The notes under the pieces were generated by a model that was not told where the DNA came from, searched no databases, and was given only the letters and a program-made list of their open reading frames with translations. From Clostridia bacterium (GTDB lineage Bacteria; Bacillota; Clostridia; Christensenellales; UBA1242), in contig JAFWBI010000004.1 in the NCBI GenBank assembly GCA_017507215.1, positions 19,617 through 83,616 on the forward strand: a DNA stretch of 64,000 nt, read 5' to 3'. The first letter of the stretch is position 1; the number at the start of each line of letters is the position of its first letter. A program made the translations under genes and the position numbers. This document shows, in pieces, positions 18,901 through 29,253 of the stretch.

Positions 18901-20274
18901 TTAAAACATGATTTTTTCGTTAACATAAGCGATGAGCTCATCAACAGAAACACGTTTTTGTTCCATTGAATCTCTGTCACGAATGGTGACGGTTCCGTCT
19001 TCCATTGTGTCGAAGTCGATGGTTGCGCAGAATGGAGTTCCGATTTGGTCTTGACGACGATATCTTTTTCCGATTGAACCAGCTTCGTCATATGTGCACA
19101 TAAAGTGTTTTGAAAGCTTTTTATAGATTTCTCTTGCTTTTTCTGAAAGGTTCTTTTGAAGTGGAAGAACTGCAACCTTATATGGTGCGATAGCAGGGTG
19201 GAATCTATAAACAACACGAGTGTCGCCACCTTCAAGAGTTTCTTCGTCATAGAATTCGCAAAGAACTGCGAGTGTGAGTCTGTCTGCACCGATTGAGTAT
19301 TCAACAACGTGTGGAATGTATTTTTCGTTTGTCACAGGGTCGATATAAAGCATGTTTTTGCCTGAATATTCTTGGTGACGAGAAAGGTCGTAGTCTGTTC
19401 TGTAGTGAATACCGTTGAGTTCGTTCCAACCGAATGGATATTTGAAGATGATGTCACAAGCGGCTTTTGCATAGTGTGCAAGTTTTTCGTGGTCTTTGTA
19501 GTTCAAATTTTCTTTGTCAAAACCAAGTTCGATTAAAAAGTCATAAGCGTCTTTTTTGTATTTTGCATAGAAGTCAAAACCAGATTCTTCGTTTTTGCAG
19601 AAAAGTTGATGTTCCATTTGTTCGAATTCGATTGTTCTGAATGTGAAGTTTCCTGGAGTGATTTCGTTTCTGAATGCTTTTCCGATTTGACCAATTCCGA
19701 ATGGAACTTTTGCACGAGTTGTTCTTTGAACGTTCATAAAGTTTACAAATTCACCTTGAGCTGTTTCAGGACGAAGGTAAATAACGTCGTCAGCACCACC
19801 AGTGATGTCTCTTGAAGTTTGGAACATTAAGTGGAATTGACGGATTGGTGTCCAGTTGAAATTTCCACAAACAGGGCAGTTAACATGATGTTCATTGATG
19901 TATGCTTCCATTTCTTCATTTGTCATGGCATCAGGGTTAACTTCGCCTTTAGAATATGTGTCGATAAGGTTGTCTGCTCTCATTCTTGCTTTGCAAGATT
20001 TGCAGTCCATTTTTGGGTCGGTGAATGATGCAACGTGGCCAGAAGCTTCCCAAACCTTTGGGTTCATTAAGATTGCTGCGTCAACACCATAGCTGTTGTC
20101 AGCTTCTTGCACGAATCTTTTCCACCAAACGCGTTTAATATTGTTTTTGAGTTCAACACCAACAGGACCATAGTCCCAAGTGTTTGCAAGTCCATCATAA
20201 ATGTCTGAACCAGGGTAAACAATACCAGTTTGTTTGCAGTGACTTACAAGTTTGTCCATTGTTAAATTTTTCAT
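18901..20274 (-). CDS. glyQS: glycine--tRNA ligase (alpha2 type)
   Basis: 457 aa: MDKLVSHCKQTGIVYPGSDIYDGLANTWDYGPVGVELKNNIK..., class II motifs (FRNEITPGNFTFRTIEFEQME), and a C-terminal anticodon-binding domain. Confidence 0.93.
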   Translation of the reverse strand: MKNLTMDKLVSHCKQTGIVYPGSDIYDGLANTWDYGPVGVELKNNIKRVWWKRFVQEADNSYGVDAAILMNPKVWEASGHVASFTDPKMDCKSCKARMRADNLIDTYSKGEVNPDAMTNEEMEAYINEHHVNCPVCGNFNWTPIRQFHLMFQTSRDITGGADDVIYLRPETAQGEFVNFMNVQRTTRAKVPFGIGQIGKAFRNEITPGNFTFRTIEFEQMEHQLFCKNEESGFDFYAKYKKDAYDFLIELGFDKENLNYKDHEKLAHYAKAACDIIFKYPFGWNELNGIHYRTDYDLSRHQEYSGKNMLYIDPVTNEKYIPHVVEYSIGADRLTLAVLCEFYDEETLEGGDTRVVYRFHPAIAPYKVAVLPLQKNLSEKAREIYKKLSKHFMCTYDEAGSIGKRYRRQDQIGTPFCATIDFDTMEDGTVTIRDRDSMEQKRVSVDELIAYVNEKIMF

Positions 20275-20282
20275 AATTTGTT

Positions 20283-20573
20283 CTCCTTTTTGGGTGTGTT
20301 ATTTTTTGTTTTAAGCTAAAACAAAATAAAAAGCCTAATCTTGCTCGTTTCCGATAGCAAAAGAGAATAATGATTTATTCAATTTTGCTAAGGGGCGAGA
20401 GATTAGACCCGTGGTTCCACCCTTATTAGTGTTTGAAATATGCTCAAACACTCACTTTTTTAACGGAATTGCTCCAAAGTGCCTTCGACTTGCGTTTGCT
20501 GTTCTTATTCCACCATCAAGAACTCTCTTATAGCAACCTTCAAGCTTACTATTCTTCTTCACTGCAATTTTAT
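20283..20573 (-). promoter_or_regulatory. T-box riboswitch leader (Gly specifier GGC)
   Basis: Read on the minus strand: AGAGAG K-turn region; specifier loop GUCGAAGGCACUUUGGAGCA with the GGC codon at 20481-20483; T-box core AAGGGUGGAACCACGGG (20408-20424); terminator GUCUAAUCUCUCG / CGAGCAAGAUUAGGC followed by UUUUUAUUUU (about 20322-20410). Confidence 0.85.
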
Positions 20574-20579
20574 GGGCTT

Positions 20580-20608
20580 ATTATACAATGAGTTTTTAGG
20601 TTTGTCAA
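20580..20608 (-). promoter_or_regulatory. sigma-A promoter of the glyQS leader
   Basis: Minus strand: TTGACA (20603-20608), 17-nt spacer, TATAAT (20580-20585). Confidence 0.5.
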
Positions 20609-20625
20609 CCATATTTAAAATTTGT

Positions 20626-21183
20626 TTAATCAATGGCATCTTCTGTGCAAGAGTTTTTGAGAGTTTCAGGATTCACAAGTTTAGTGAGCAGGGTTGCCAT
20701 TTCTTCAGGAGTTTCTTCAGTGTCATTTTTGAGCCACTCAATCAAAACTGCAACGATTGATGTGAAATAAAACACAGGAATATATTTTGATGTTTTATTG
20801 ATATAGTCAAACTTAGATTTTTCTTGAAGCTTAGAAACAACCATGTCTCTTAAAATGTTTGTGATTTGTGAATCCATAATTGAAAATAGGGCAGATTTAT
20901 ATTTTTTTGCAAATATAAAGGTTTCTTGTGTGATTGTGAACATGTTTTTTGTTGTGAGTTTTTCAATAGATGCCGACAGGCTTTTAACAATTCGGTCAAT
21001 GCCCTTGAAAGTTAAGTCTTCTTTTGATTCAAAATTTCGATAAAATGACATTCTTGAGATTCCTGCTTTTGTGCAGATTTCACAAACAGAAATGTCGTCA
21101 TAATGCTTTTTGTCTAAAAGTTGCAAAAAAGCAGAATAGATATATTCTTGAGTTAAGTTTTCTTTTTCATTCATAATTTTCAC
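20626..21183 (-). CDS. TetR/AcrR family transcriptional regulator
   Basis: N-terminal HTH YDDISVCEICTKAGISRMSFYRNFESKEDL. 185 aa. Confidence 0.8.
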   Translation of the reverse strand: MKIMNEKENLTQEYIYSAFLQLLDKKHYDDISVCEICTKAGISRMSFYRNFESKEDLTFKGIDRIVKSLSASIEKLTTKNMFTITQETFIFAKKYKSALFSIMDSQITNILRDMVVSKLQEKSKFDYINKTSKYIPVFYFTSIVAVLIEWLKNDTEETPEEMATLLTKLVNPETLKNSCTEDAID

Positions 21184-21262
21184 TCCTTAAAATTATTGTC
21201 AACATTGTTATATCATAAAGATAAATTGTTTGTAAAGTTAGAAAAAATAATAATTTGAATTA

Positions 21263-21309
21263 TGTTACAATATGTTAAAATTTATTACATTGTAACAATG
21301 GTTGTAACA
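21263..21309. promoter_or_regulatory. candidate TetR operator (inverted plus direct repeat)
   Basis: TGTTACAAT (21263-21271) and its perfect inverse ATTGTAACA (21289-21297), 17 bp apart, plus a third TTGTAACA (21302-21309). Located between the divergent TetR gene and the 21388 ORF. Confidence 0.35.
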
Positions 21310-21387
21310 GAAAATTGTAAACGTGTTTTAACAAATCAGTTGATTAAATTTAAGGATTTTTATATATTTAATGAAAGGAGAATGTTT

Positions 21388-22011
21388 ATGCTTGTTTTGG
21401 AAGTTGGGATTTTGCTTAGCGAAAATTTGGAATATTATCAAAAGATTTTAGAAAAAGCAGGAGCAGTTAACGAGTTTAACTGTGAAACTCATGATTTATA
21501 TTGGACAAACAAAACACAAGATGACCTTGAGCAGATGACAGAAAATCAAATTAAAAAGTCTTGTGTCAGGTTTAGAATGAGTGTTGGGTTTGGTGGTGAA
21601 AAGTTGGAAAAGAAGCAGCCGGTTAAAACGGGAAAATTTGACAACTTTAAAATTTTTGATGAAACAAAAGAAGACAGGTTTTCTGAAAAGACTAGAAAAA
21701 TCAAAAAGTATAACAAAGTTTTTGAAAAGAATGGATGGAAACTTGTTTTTGACACAATAAAGAAAGATTATCAATATAGCATTGGGGATATGAAAAGCAG
21801 AATTCAACTTCAAGATATTAAAGACTTGGGGCTTGTTTTATATTATGATAATCCAGACTATTATCATATGGAAGAAGATGAGCAAAGGCGTATGCTTATT
21901 CGAGAGCTAAACTCGTATGGTTTTGATTTAGATGAAAATATGCTCGGGATTGACAAGTTAAAGACTTTTGTGCATAAAAAGCCAATGTTTAGCAAAAATC
22001 AAAATGGCTAA
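21388..22011 (+). CDS. hypothetical protein (possibly a degenerate CYTH-like fold)
   Basis: ATG at 21388, 7 nt after the AAAGGAG RBS. The pattern LEVGILL..., HDLYW, CVRFRM, KKDYQY..IQLQDIKDLGLVLYY is reminiscent of CYTH beta-strands, but the ExExK motif is absent. Confidence 0.45.
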   Translation: MLVLEVGILLSENLEYYQKILEKAGAVNEFNCETHDLYWTNKTQDDLEQMTENQIKKSCVRFRMSVGFGGEKLEKKQPVKTGKFDNFKIFDETKEDRFSEKTRKIKKYNKVFEKNGWKLVFDTIKKDYQYSIGDMKSRIQLQDIKDLGLVLYYDNPDYYHMEEDEQRRMLIRELNSYGFDLDENMLGIDKLKTFVHKKPMFSKNQNG

Positions 22012-22074
22012 TCTTTCTTGAATTTATATGATTTGTTTTGAAAAATCTTTGTTGCTAGGGTATAATTAATTTGT

Positions 22075-24123
22075 ATGAGTATGGATGGAAGAAAGTTTGA
22101 AATTGTTTCTAAGTATAAGCCGACTGGCGACCAACCACAGGCAATCAACAGTTTGGTTGAAGGCTTGAATGATGGGCTTAGAACTCAAGTGCTGTTAGGT
22201 GTTACCGGAAGTGGTAAAACTTTTACCATGGCAAATATTATTGAAAAGGTTCAACGCCCAACACTTGTTATTGCTCACAACAAAACACTTGCAGCTCAGC
22301 TTTGCAACGAGTTTAGAGAATTCTTTCCAAACAACTCAGTTAACTATTTTGTTTCTTATTATGACTATTATCAACCAGAAGCTTATATTGCAAGTTCTGA
22401 TACCTATATTGAAAAAGAACTTTCAATTAATGATGAAATAGATAAACTTCGTCACTCAGCAACATGTTCGCTTTTTGAAAGAAAAGATGTTATCATTGTG
22501 GCTTCGGTTTCTTGCATCTATGGTCTTGGTGAACCAAGTGAATATCACAGAATGGCAATATCTCTTAGACCTGGAATGCAAATCCCACGAGATGAAGTTG
22601 TTATGAAACTTGTGGATAACCAATATAAGAGAAATGATATTGATTTTTCAAGGGGAACTTTTAGAGTTCGTGGCGACACCCTTGAAGTGTTTCCAGCAAA
22701 CGCAAGTGAAACATCTGTTCGAATTGAGTTTTTTGGTGATGAGATTGACCGTATTTGTGAAATTGAAGCCGTGACTGGCAGGGTGACGGCAACACTTGAG
22801 CATATAGCAATATATCCGGCATCTCACTATGTTGTTGGAAGTGACAAGCTTGAAGACTGTCTTTCTAACATTCAAAGAGATATGGAAGTTGAAGTTGCAG
22901 AACTTCAGGCAAAAGGAAAGATATTAGAAGCTGAAAGGCTTAAACAGAGAACCAGTTATGATATTGAAATGATGCGTGAAATTGGCTATTGCAGTGGCAT
23001 TGAAAACTATTCGAGATATTTCGATGGCAGACTTCCTGGCGAAACACCATATACACTTATGGACTATTTTCCAGATGACTTCTTGCTTTTGATTGATGAG
23101 AGTCATATGACCATTCCACAAGTAAGAGCTATGTATAACGGGGATAGGGCAAGAAAAGATGCTCTCGTTGAATATGGATTTAGATTAAAGTCTGCTTATG
23201 ACAACAGACCACTTAAATTTGATGAGTTTGAATCTAAGTTTCATCAACTGATTTGTGTGTCGGCGACACCGGGTCCATATGAAATGGAAAGGCAAGATAG
23301 TATTGCTGAACAGATTATTCGTCCAACGGGTCTTGTTGACCCTGAAGTTGTGGTTAAACCCGTCAAAAATCAGGTCGACGACCTTATTGGTGAGTTAAAC
23401 CGAACAATTGAGAGTGGTGGAAGATGTTTGGTCACCACACTCACAAAAAAGATGGCAGAAGAACTTTCAAAATATTTGAGTGAAGTGGGAATCAAGACGA
23501 CATATCTTCATTCAGAAATCAAAGCGATGGACAGAATCACTGTCATTAATGAGCTTAGAAGTGGAGAGAGTGACGTGCTTGTGGGAATCAACCTTTTAAG
23601 AGAAGGTCTTGACCTTCCTGAAGTTAAGCTCGTTGCGATTCTTGATGCTGACAAAGAAGGCTTTTTGCGTTCTACTGGTGCGCTTATTCAAACAATAGGT
23701 CGTGCAGCACGTAATGCTGAAGGCAGGGTTGTTATGTATGCTGATGTGATGACGGATAGCTTGAAAAGGGCAATAGATGAAACAAACAGAAGAAGAGCAA
23801 TTCAAATAGCTTATAACAAAGAGCACGGAATTGTTCCTAAGACAATTATCAAAGACATTGTCAACACACTCAAAATTACAACAAAAGAAACAGACACTTC
23901 TAACTTGAAACCTGAAGAAATAAACAGGCAAATTGAAAGCCTTACAGCACTTATGAATGTTGCTGTTAAATCGCTCGACTTTGAAAAAGCGATTGAGCTT
24001 CGTGATAAGATTGAAGAGCTTAAAACAAAGCGAGATGGCAAAAATTATACTGCAAAACGAAAGGTTGAAAAGGTTAGAGATAAGGTTTATGAAAGAACAA
24101 GAAAATCTCATAAAGTTAAATAA
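22075..24123 (+). CDS. uvrB: excinuclease ABC subunit B
   Basis: [11 protein letters not shown], Walker [11 protein letters not shown], helicase motifs (DESH, TATPG-like SATPG), and a C-terminal UVR motif ([15 protein letters not shown]). Confidence 0.97.
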   Translation: MSMDGRKFEIVSKYKPTGDQPQAINSLVEGLNDGLRTQVLLGVTGSGKTFTMANIIEKVQRPTLVIAHNKTLAAQLCNEFREFFPNNSVNYFVSYYDYYQPEAYIASSDTYIEKELSINDEIDKLRHSATCSLFERKDVIIVASVSCIYGLGEPSEYHRMAISLRPGMQIPRDEVVMKLVDNQYKRNDIDFSRGTFRVRGDTLEVFPANASETSVRIEFFGDEIDRICEIEAVTGRVTATLEHIAIYPASHYVVGSDKLEDCLSNIQRDMEVEVAELQAKGKILEAERLKQRTSYDIEMMREIGYCSGIENYSRYFDGRLPGETPYTLMDYFPDDFLLLIDESHMTIPQVRAMYNGDRARKDALVEYGFRLKSAYDNRPLKFDEFESKFHQLICVSATPGPYEMERQDSIAEQIIRPTGLVDPEVVVKPVKNQVDDLIGELNRTIESGGRCLVTTLTKKMAEELSKYLSEVGIKTTYLHSEIKAMDRITVINELRSGESDVLVGINLLREGLDLPEVKLVAILDADKEGFLRSTGALIQTIGRAARNAEGRVVMYADVMTDSLKRAIDETNRRRAIQIAYNKEHGIVPKTIIKDIVNTLKITTKETDTSNLKPEEINRQIESLTALMNVAVKSLDFEKAIELRDKIEELKTKRDGKNYTAKRKVEKVRDKVYERTRKSHKVK

Positions 24124-24168
24124 TTTGGGGTTTTATGTTACACATAATACTATATTTTAGGAGAATTG

Positions 24169-26967
24169 ATGGATAATTTTATTAGAATTGTTGGGGCAAG
24201 AGAAAACAATTTAAAAAATGTGAATGTTGATATTCCACGAAACAAACTTGTTGTGCTTACAGGGCTTTCTGGAAGTGGAAAATCAAGTTTAGCATTTGAC
24301 ACAATGTTTGCTGAAGGACAAAGGCGATATATGGAGTCGCTCTCTTCTTATGCGAGACAATTTTTAGGTCAAATGAAAAAACCAGATGTTGACCAAATTG
24401 AAGGGCTTTCTCCAGCGATTGCGATTGACCAAAAAACAACATCTTCAAACCCAAGGTCTACTGTTGGAACTGTTACTGAAATTTATGACTATTTCAGACT
24501 CTTGTTTGCAAATGTTGGTGTTCCACATTGCATTAATTGCAAAAAACCAATCAATGCGCTTGCTGTTGACCAGATTGTTAAAATGGTTATGACTGCTGAA
24601 AATGGCACAAAGCTTATGGTTATTGCACCTGTTATTCGTGGAAAGAAGGGTGAATATCGAGAGCTTTTTGAAGAATTTAGAAAAAAAGGATATGTTCGTG
24701 TTAAGGTTGATGGAATTGTTTACAGCCTTGATGAAGATATTATTTTAGAGAAAAATAAAAAGCACGACATTTCGGTTGTTATTGACAGAATTGTTCGAAC
24801 AGACAATGTTTCTCTCAGACTTGCTGAAAGCATTGAAACGGCGTTAAAGCTTGCAGGTGGAATTGTTATTGTTGATGCAAATGGTGCTGAAACACTTTAT
24901 TCAACTAAGCATAGTTGTCCTGATTGTGGATTTTCATTTGATGAGATTTCTTCAAGATTATTCAGTTTCAACACTCCAATTGGCGCGTGTCCTGAATGTG
25001 CAGGTATTGGTTCGAAAATGACTGTTGAAGAAGATTTGCTTATCAAAGACAAGAATCTTTCGCTTTCAGAAGGTGCTATTTCAACATTTGGTTGGGGAGA
25101 TTATGGCTTTGGAAACCTTTATTTTAAAGCGATTTTAGATAAGTTTGGTTGTTCGATGATGACACCACTCAAAAATATTCCAAGAGAAGTGCTTGATGTT
25201 CTTTTTTATGGAACAAATGGGGAAAAACTTCAAATTAATAGCTCATTTGGCTCTTTTAATGGAAAGTTTGAAGGAATTATTCCTAACTTATATCGCAGAC
25301 ACGAAAATGCTTCAAGTGATTTTGTTAGAAATGAAATTGAGAAATATATGATTACGAGAAAGTGTCATATTTGCGACGGAAAACGATTAAACAAACAAGC
25401 TCTTTCAGTTAAGATTGCAGGAAAGTCGATTATTGACGTGACCGATTTGAATATTACTGGTATTCAAAACTGGATTGCAAATTTGAACCTTTCTGAAAAG
25501 GAAAGAATCATTTCACAAAGTATTTTTAAAGAAATCAATGCCAGACTCAAATTTTTGGTTGATGTTGGTCTTGATTATTTAACATTATCACGAACAGCGT
25601 TCACACTTTCAGGTGGTGAAGCGCAAAGAATTAGACTTGCAACTCAAATCGGCAGTGGTCTTATGGGGGTGCTCTATATTTTAGATGAACCAAGCATTGG
25701 TCTTCACCCAAGAGATACAAACAAGCTTATTGAAACACTTAAGCATTTGAGAGATTTGGGGAATAGTGTTGTGGTTGTTGAGCATGATGAAGACACTATT
25801 CGTGCAGCTGATTATATCATTGATGTTGGACCTATGGCTGGTGTGCATGGTGGAAGAGTTATTGCAGCTGGAACAGTGCCTGAAATTGAAAGGGCTGAAA
25901 ACTCACTCACAGGGGCTTATTTGTCGGGAAGAAGAAAGATTGAAATTCCTGAAAAAAGACGTCCTATGTCAGACAAAGTACTCGAAATTATCGGTGCTAA
26001 GCAGAATAATCTTAAAAATATCAATGTCAAAATTCCACTTTCAATGTTTGTTGCAGTGACTGGTGTTTCAGGCAGTGGAAAGTCTAGTTTGATTAATGAA
26101 ATTTTATATCCAGCACTTGCAAACAAGATTAATGGTTCGCATCTTCCAGAAGGTGCATATAAGCAGATTAAGGGCATTGAAAACATTGATAAAGTTGTTG
26201 TTATTGACCAAAGCCCAATTGGAAGAACTCCACGAAGCAACCCTGTGACATACACTGGAGTATTTTCAGCAATACGTGAACTTTATGCAAGCGTTCCAGA
26301 AGCAAAGGCAAAAGGTTACACTCCTGGAAGATTCAGCTTTAACGTGAAAGGTGGAAGATGTGAGTGTTGTGGTGGTGATGGACTTTTGAAAATTGAAATG
26401 CACTTCCTTCCAGACGTTTATGTTACTTGTGATGAATGTAATGGAAAGCGCTATAACAAGAGCACTCTTGAAGTGACATATAAAGGCAAAAACATTAATG
26501 ATGTTTTAAACATGACCATTGAAGACGCACTTGAATTTTTCTATAACTTGCCATCAATCAGAAACAAACTTCAAACGCTTTATGATGTTGGTTTGGGATA
26601 TATTACGCTTGGGCAGCCTGCAACAACGCTTTCAGGTGGTGAAGCACAACGTGTTAAACTTGCAACTGAACTTTCAAAGCGTTCAACAGGAAAAACAATT
26701 TATATTTTAGATGAGCCAACAACTGGGCTTCACACTTACGATGTTCAAAAGCTTATCACAATTTTGCAACGACTTGTTTCAACAGGAAACAGTGTGGTTG
26801 TAATTGAGCATAATCTTGATTTAATCAAGGTTGCAGACCACATTATTGATATTGGGCCAGAAGGTGGTGACAATGGTGGAACAATCATTGCATCAGGAAC
26901 ACCAGAACAAGTGGCAAAATGCAAAGAATCATACACTGGTCAGGCATTAAAAAATGTTTTGAAATAG
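24169..26967 (+). CDS. uvrA: excinuclease ABC subunit A
   Basis: Two ABC modules ([10 protein letters not shown] and [10 protein letters not shown]; LSGGEAQR twice) and CxxC zinc modules. The ATG at 24169 lies 5 nt after AGGAG; the track starts at the TTG at 24166. Confidence 0.97.
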   Translation: MDNFIRIVGARENNLKNVNVDIPRNKLVVLTGLSGSGKSSLAFDTMFAEGQRRYMESLSSYARQFLGQMKKPDVDQIEGLSPAIAIDQKTTSSNPRSTVGTVTEIYDYFRLLFANVGVPHCINCKKPINALAVDQIVKMVMTAENGTKLMVIAPVIRGKKGEYRELFEEFRKKGYVRVKVDGIVYSLDEDIILEKNKKHDISVVIDRIVRTDNVSLRLAESIETALKLAGGIVIVDANGAETLYSTKHSCPDCGFSFDEISSRLFSFNTPIGACPECAGIGSKMTVEEDLLIKDKNLSLSEGAISTFGWGDYGFGNLYFKAILDKFGCSMMTPLKNIPREVLDVLFYGTNGEKLQINSSFGSFNGKFEGIIPNLYRRHENASSDFVRNEIEKYMITRKCHICDGKRLNKQALSVKIAGKSIIDVTDLNITGIQNWIANLNLSEKERIISQSIFKEINARLKFLVDVGLDYLTLSRTAFTLSGGEAQRIRLATQIGSGLMGVLYILDEPSIGLHPRDTNKLIETLKHLRDLGNSVVVVEHDEDTIRAADYIIDVGPMAGVHGGRVIAAGTVPEIERAENSLTGAYLSGRRKIEIPEKRRPMSDKVLEIIGAKQNNLKNINVKIPLSMFVAVTGVSGSGKSSLINEILYPALANKINGSHLPEGAYKQIKGIENIDKVVVIDQSPIGRTPRSNPVTYTGVFSAIRELYASVPEAKAKGYTPGRFSFNVKGGRCECCGGDGLLKIEMHFLPDVYVTCDECNGKRYNKSTLEVTYKGKNINDVLNMTIEDALEFFYNLPSIRNKLQTLYDVGLGYITLGQPATTLSGGEAQRVKLATELSKRSTGKTIYILDEPTTGLHTYDVQKLITILQRLVSTGNSVVVIEHNLDLIKVADHIIDIGPEGGDNGGTIIASGTPEQVAKCKESYTGQALKNVLK

Positions 26968-26969
26968 TG

Positions 26970-26998
26970 TTGAAATTCTTGACATTATGTGGTATAAT
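26970..26998 (+). promoter_or_regulatory. sigma-A promoter with extended -10
   Basis: TTGAAA, 17-nt spacer, TGgTATAAT. Confidence 0.5.
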
Positions 26999-27043
26999 GT
27001 TCTTAATTAATAACTGTGTGTTATTAATTGAAAGGGGGCTAAA

Positions 27044-28081
27044 ATGAAAAGAATGATGCTCATATTCATGATTATCGTTTGCTGTTGTGGCATCGGTTAT
27101 CTTGGATATTTAATATTTAGGTCGAAAAATGTTGATACCGTTGAGATTGTTGGAAGCATTCAAACACTCTACGTTGTTGGTGATGAGATTGATTTTGAAG
27201 ATGCCAAGCTTAAAGTTACCTATAAAAATGGTAATATCAAGATGGTTAATTTGAAAGAAAAAATGGTTGATTATTTCTCAACTTCAACAGAAGGTCACAA
27301 AGTGATGAACATCAACTATAAATCTGAAGTTTTGAAAGTTGAATATAATGTAATTCAAGTTGGGGCTTATTATTTAAATTATAGCGAAACTAGACTTCCA
27401 AAAGACAGTGGAGTTGGGTTTGATTCAACACCAAAACAATATGATATTTATCAAACTCCAGAAATGCTTTATGTTGGAAAGGCTGGATATTTCAGATATT
27501 ACACAAGAAAGTCAATCGGTTGGACAATGGCTGACGGTAATTATGATGATAGATACTCATATACAATCGTTGGTGACACCATGAAAATCAAGACAGCTTA
27601 TGAGTCTTATGACATTAAAGTAAACTATCTTGAAAATGGCATTATGCAAATGGTTTCAGATAAAGCGACAAAAATTGAAGGCAGCTCACTTGTTTCAAAA
27701 CAAGAAATTAAGCACTTTGTTGTGACTGGTGAAATGAAAACAAATCAAGAAATTCTTCCAAATAATGAAAATGCTGAAGACGGTGTGAAAATGTATGGCA
27801 CCATTGAAAATCCAAACACATCAGTTGTTATTTTCAAGGAAGACGAAAGACTTAAAGATTTAACCAGTCCGGTTTATCTTAAAGTTACTTATGCGTCTTA
27901 TGGAATTGATTTAAACACTGGTGGAAATCACCAATTTAAAACAGTTTACGTTGAACTTACAGACAGCATGATTAATGGTTCATATTCAACAACAGACGTA
28001 TTTTCAACACTTAGGTCTTTGCAAGTTGTGTATGAATCACGTGTGACAACCATGCACTATAAAGTTGTTTTTGCAGACTAA
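27044..28081 (+). CDS. membrane-anchored protein with an N-proximal bacterial Ig-like (Big_3-type) domain
   Basis: TM helix MMLIFMIIVCCCGIGYLGYLIF. VEIVGSIQTLYVVGDEIDFEDAKLKVTYKNGNIKMVNL...GHKVMNINYKSEVLKVEYNV fits the Big_3 pattern. Confidence 0.5.
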   Translation: MKRMMLIFMIIVCCCGIGYLGYLIFRSKNVDTVEIVGSIQTLYVVGDEIDFEDAKLKVTYKNGNIKMVNLKEKMVDYFSTSTEGHKVMNINYKSEVLKVEYNVIQVGAYYLNYSETRLPKDSGVGFDSTPKQYDIYQTPEMLYVGKAGYFRYYTRKSIGWTMADGNYDDRYSYTIVGDTMKIKTAYESYDIKVNYLENGIMQMVSDKATKIEGSSLVSKQEIKHFVVTGEMKTNQEILPNNENAEDGVKMYGTIENPNTSVVIFKEDERLKDLTSPVYLKVTYASYGIDLNTGGNHQFKTVYVELTDSMINGSYSTTDVFSTLRSLQVVYESRVTTMHYKVVFAD

Positions 28082-28084
28082 ATC

Positions 28085-28119
28085 AAAAAAATACATACGA
28101 TTTGTATGTATTTTTTTTT
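28085..28119 (+). terminator. intrinsic terminator
   Basis: ATACATAC-gattt-GTATGTAT followed by T9. Confidence 0.65.
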
Positions 28120-28141
28120 GCGTTTAATTAATAATTAATGT

Positions 28142-28864
28142 ATGGCTATAATGCTTATTCGTTCAGTTTTGATTTATATTTGTGCTCTTATTGTGATTAG
28201 GCTAATGGGAAAGCGTCAAATTGGAGAGATGCAACCATTTGAGTTTGTTATAACGCTTATTATTGCAGACCTTGCATGTGTTCCGATGGCAGAGCTTTCG
28301 GTTCCATTGGTTCATGGGCTTGTGCCGATTTTGTCACTTTTGATAGTGCATTTTTTGATATGTGTTTTATCTCGAAAATTTATGTTTGCGAGATATTTGC
28401 TCACGGGAAAACCTGCGATTGTGATTACGCCTAAGGGGATAGACTATAAAGAACTTAAAAGTTTAAACATGACACTTGATGATTTGATGGAACTGGTTCG
28501 TGGTTGTAATGTTTACAGCTTATCACAAATTTCATATGCCATTTTAGAAACTAACGGAAAAATGTGTGTTATTTCAAAATCTGAGTGTGAACCACCGACT
28601 AGAGAAGATTTAAAGGTCAAAGTCAGTCAAAATAGCTTGCCTATGAATATTATCATGGACGGGAAGTTGATGCAAGAAAATGTTGAAATTGCTGGTTTGA
28701 AATCTGCTTTACTTAATGATTGTTTAGACAAGGCAAGTGTGAAAAAGATTGAAGATGTTTTGATTATGACGATTGATGCAAATGGAGAAGTGTTTATTCA
28801 GGGCAAAAATGCAAAAGAGTGCTTTTCGTTTCAAGTTGATTATAATGGTGGTGGCAAATGGTGA
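28142..28864 (+). CDS. DUF421 (YetF-like) membrane protein
   Basis: LIVIRLMGKRQIGEMQPFEFVITLIIADLA is typical of DUF421. Confidence 0.7.
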   Translation: MAIMLIRSVLIYICALIVIRLMGKRQIGEMQPFEFVITLIIADLACVPMAELSVPLVHGLVPILSLLIVHFLICVLSRKFMFARYLLTGKPAIVITPKGIDYKELKSLNMTLDDLMELVRGCNVYSLSQISYAILETNGKMCVISKSECEPPTREDLKVKVSQNSLPMNIIMDGKLMQENVEIAGLKSALLNDCLDKASVKKIEDVLIMTIDANGEVFIQGKNAKECFSFQVDYNGGGKW

Positions 28865-29253
28865 AAAAGTGGATAATTATGATTTGCTTGATGATTGTGC
28901 TTGGTGTTGGCTGTGTGATTGAGTCAATTTATGTGAATAAGTCTTTTGACAACTTGGTTGATTCGCTTGAACTGTTGCAGACTGAACTTGATTCGACTAA
29001 AGAGAAGATAGATGAGCCCTATTTGTTTGAAAAGGCTGATAAAATTCACAAGACATGGCACAAACGTGTGAAAGTTTTGAAGTGCTTGATTTGGCACACA
29101 GGAATAAAAGATGTTGAAGTTGGACTTGCAAGAATTGAAGTTTATATTGAAGAAAATGATTATACTGAAGCGACTGCAGAAATTTCATCACTTATTGACT
29201 ATTTAGAGCATTACTCAGATGATTTTTCAGTTTCGTGGGAAAATATTTTTTAA
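28858..29253 (+). CDS. DUF4363-like small membrane-anchored protein
   Basis: 131 aa with an N-terminal TM helix. Overlaps the DUF421 gene by 7 nt, and this is the usual DUF421 partner position. The sequence-level call is weak. Confidence 0.5.
   Translation: MVKKWIIMICLMIVLGVGCVIESIYVNKSFDNLVDSLELLQTELDSTKEKIDEPYLFEKADKIHKTWHKRVKVLKCLIWHTGIKDVEVGLARIEVYIEENDYTEATAEISSLIDYLEHYSDDFSVSWENIF

Noticed and set aside
20479-20760. 93-aa plus-strand ORF
   Set aside because: It lies antisense across the glyQS T-box leader and promoter and the 3' end of the TetR gene. It has no RBS and a low-complexity, odd composition. It is a shadow ORF.
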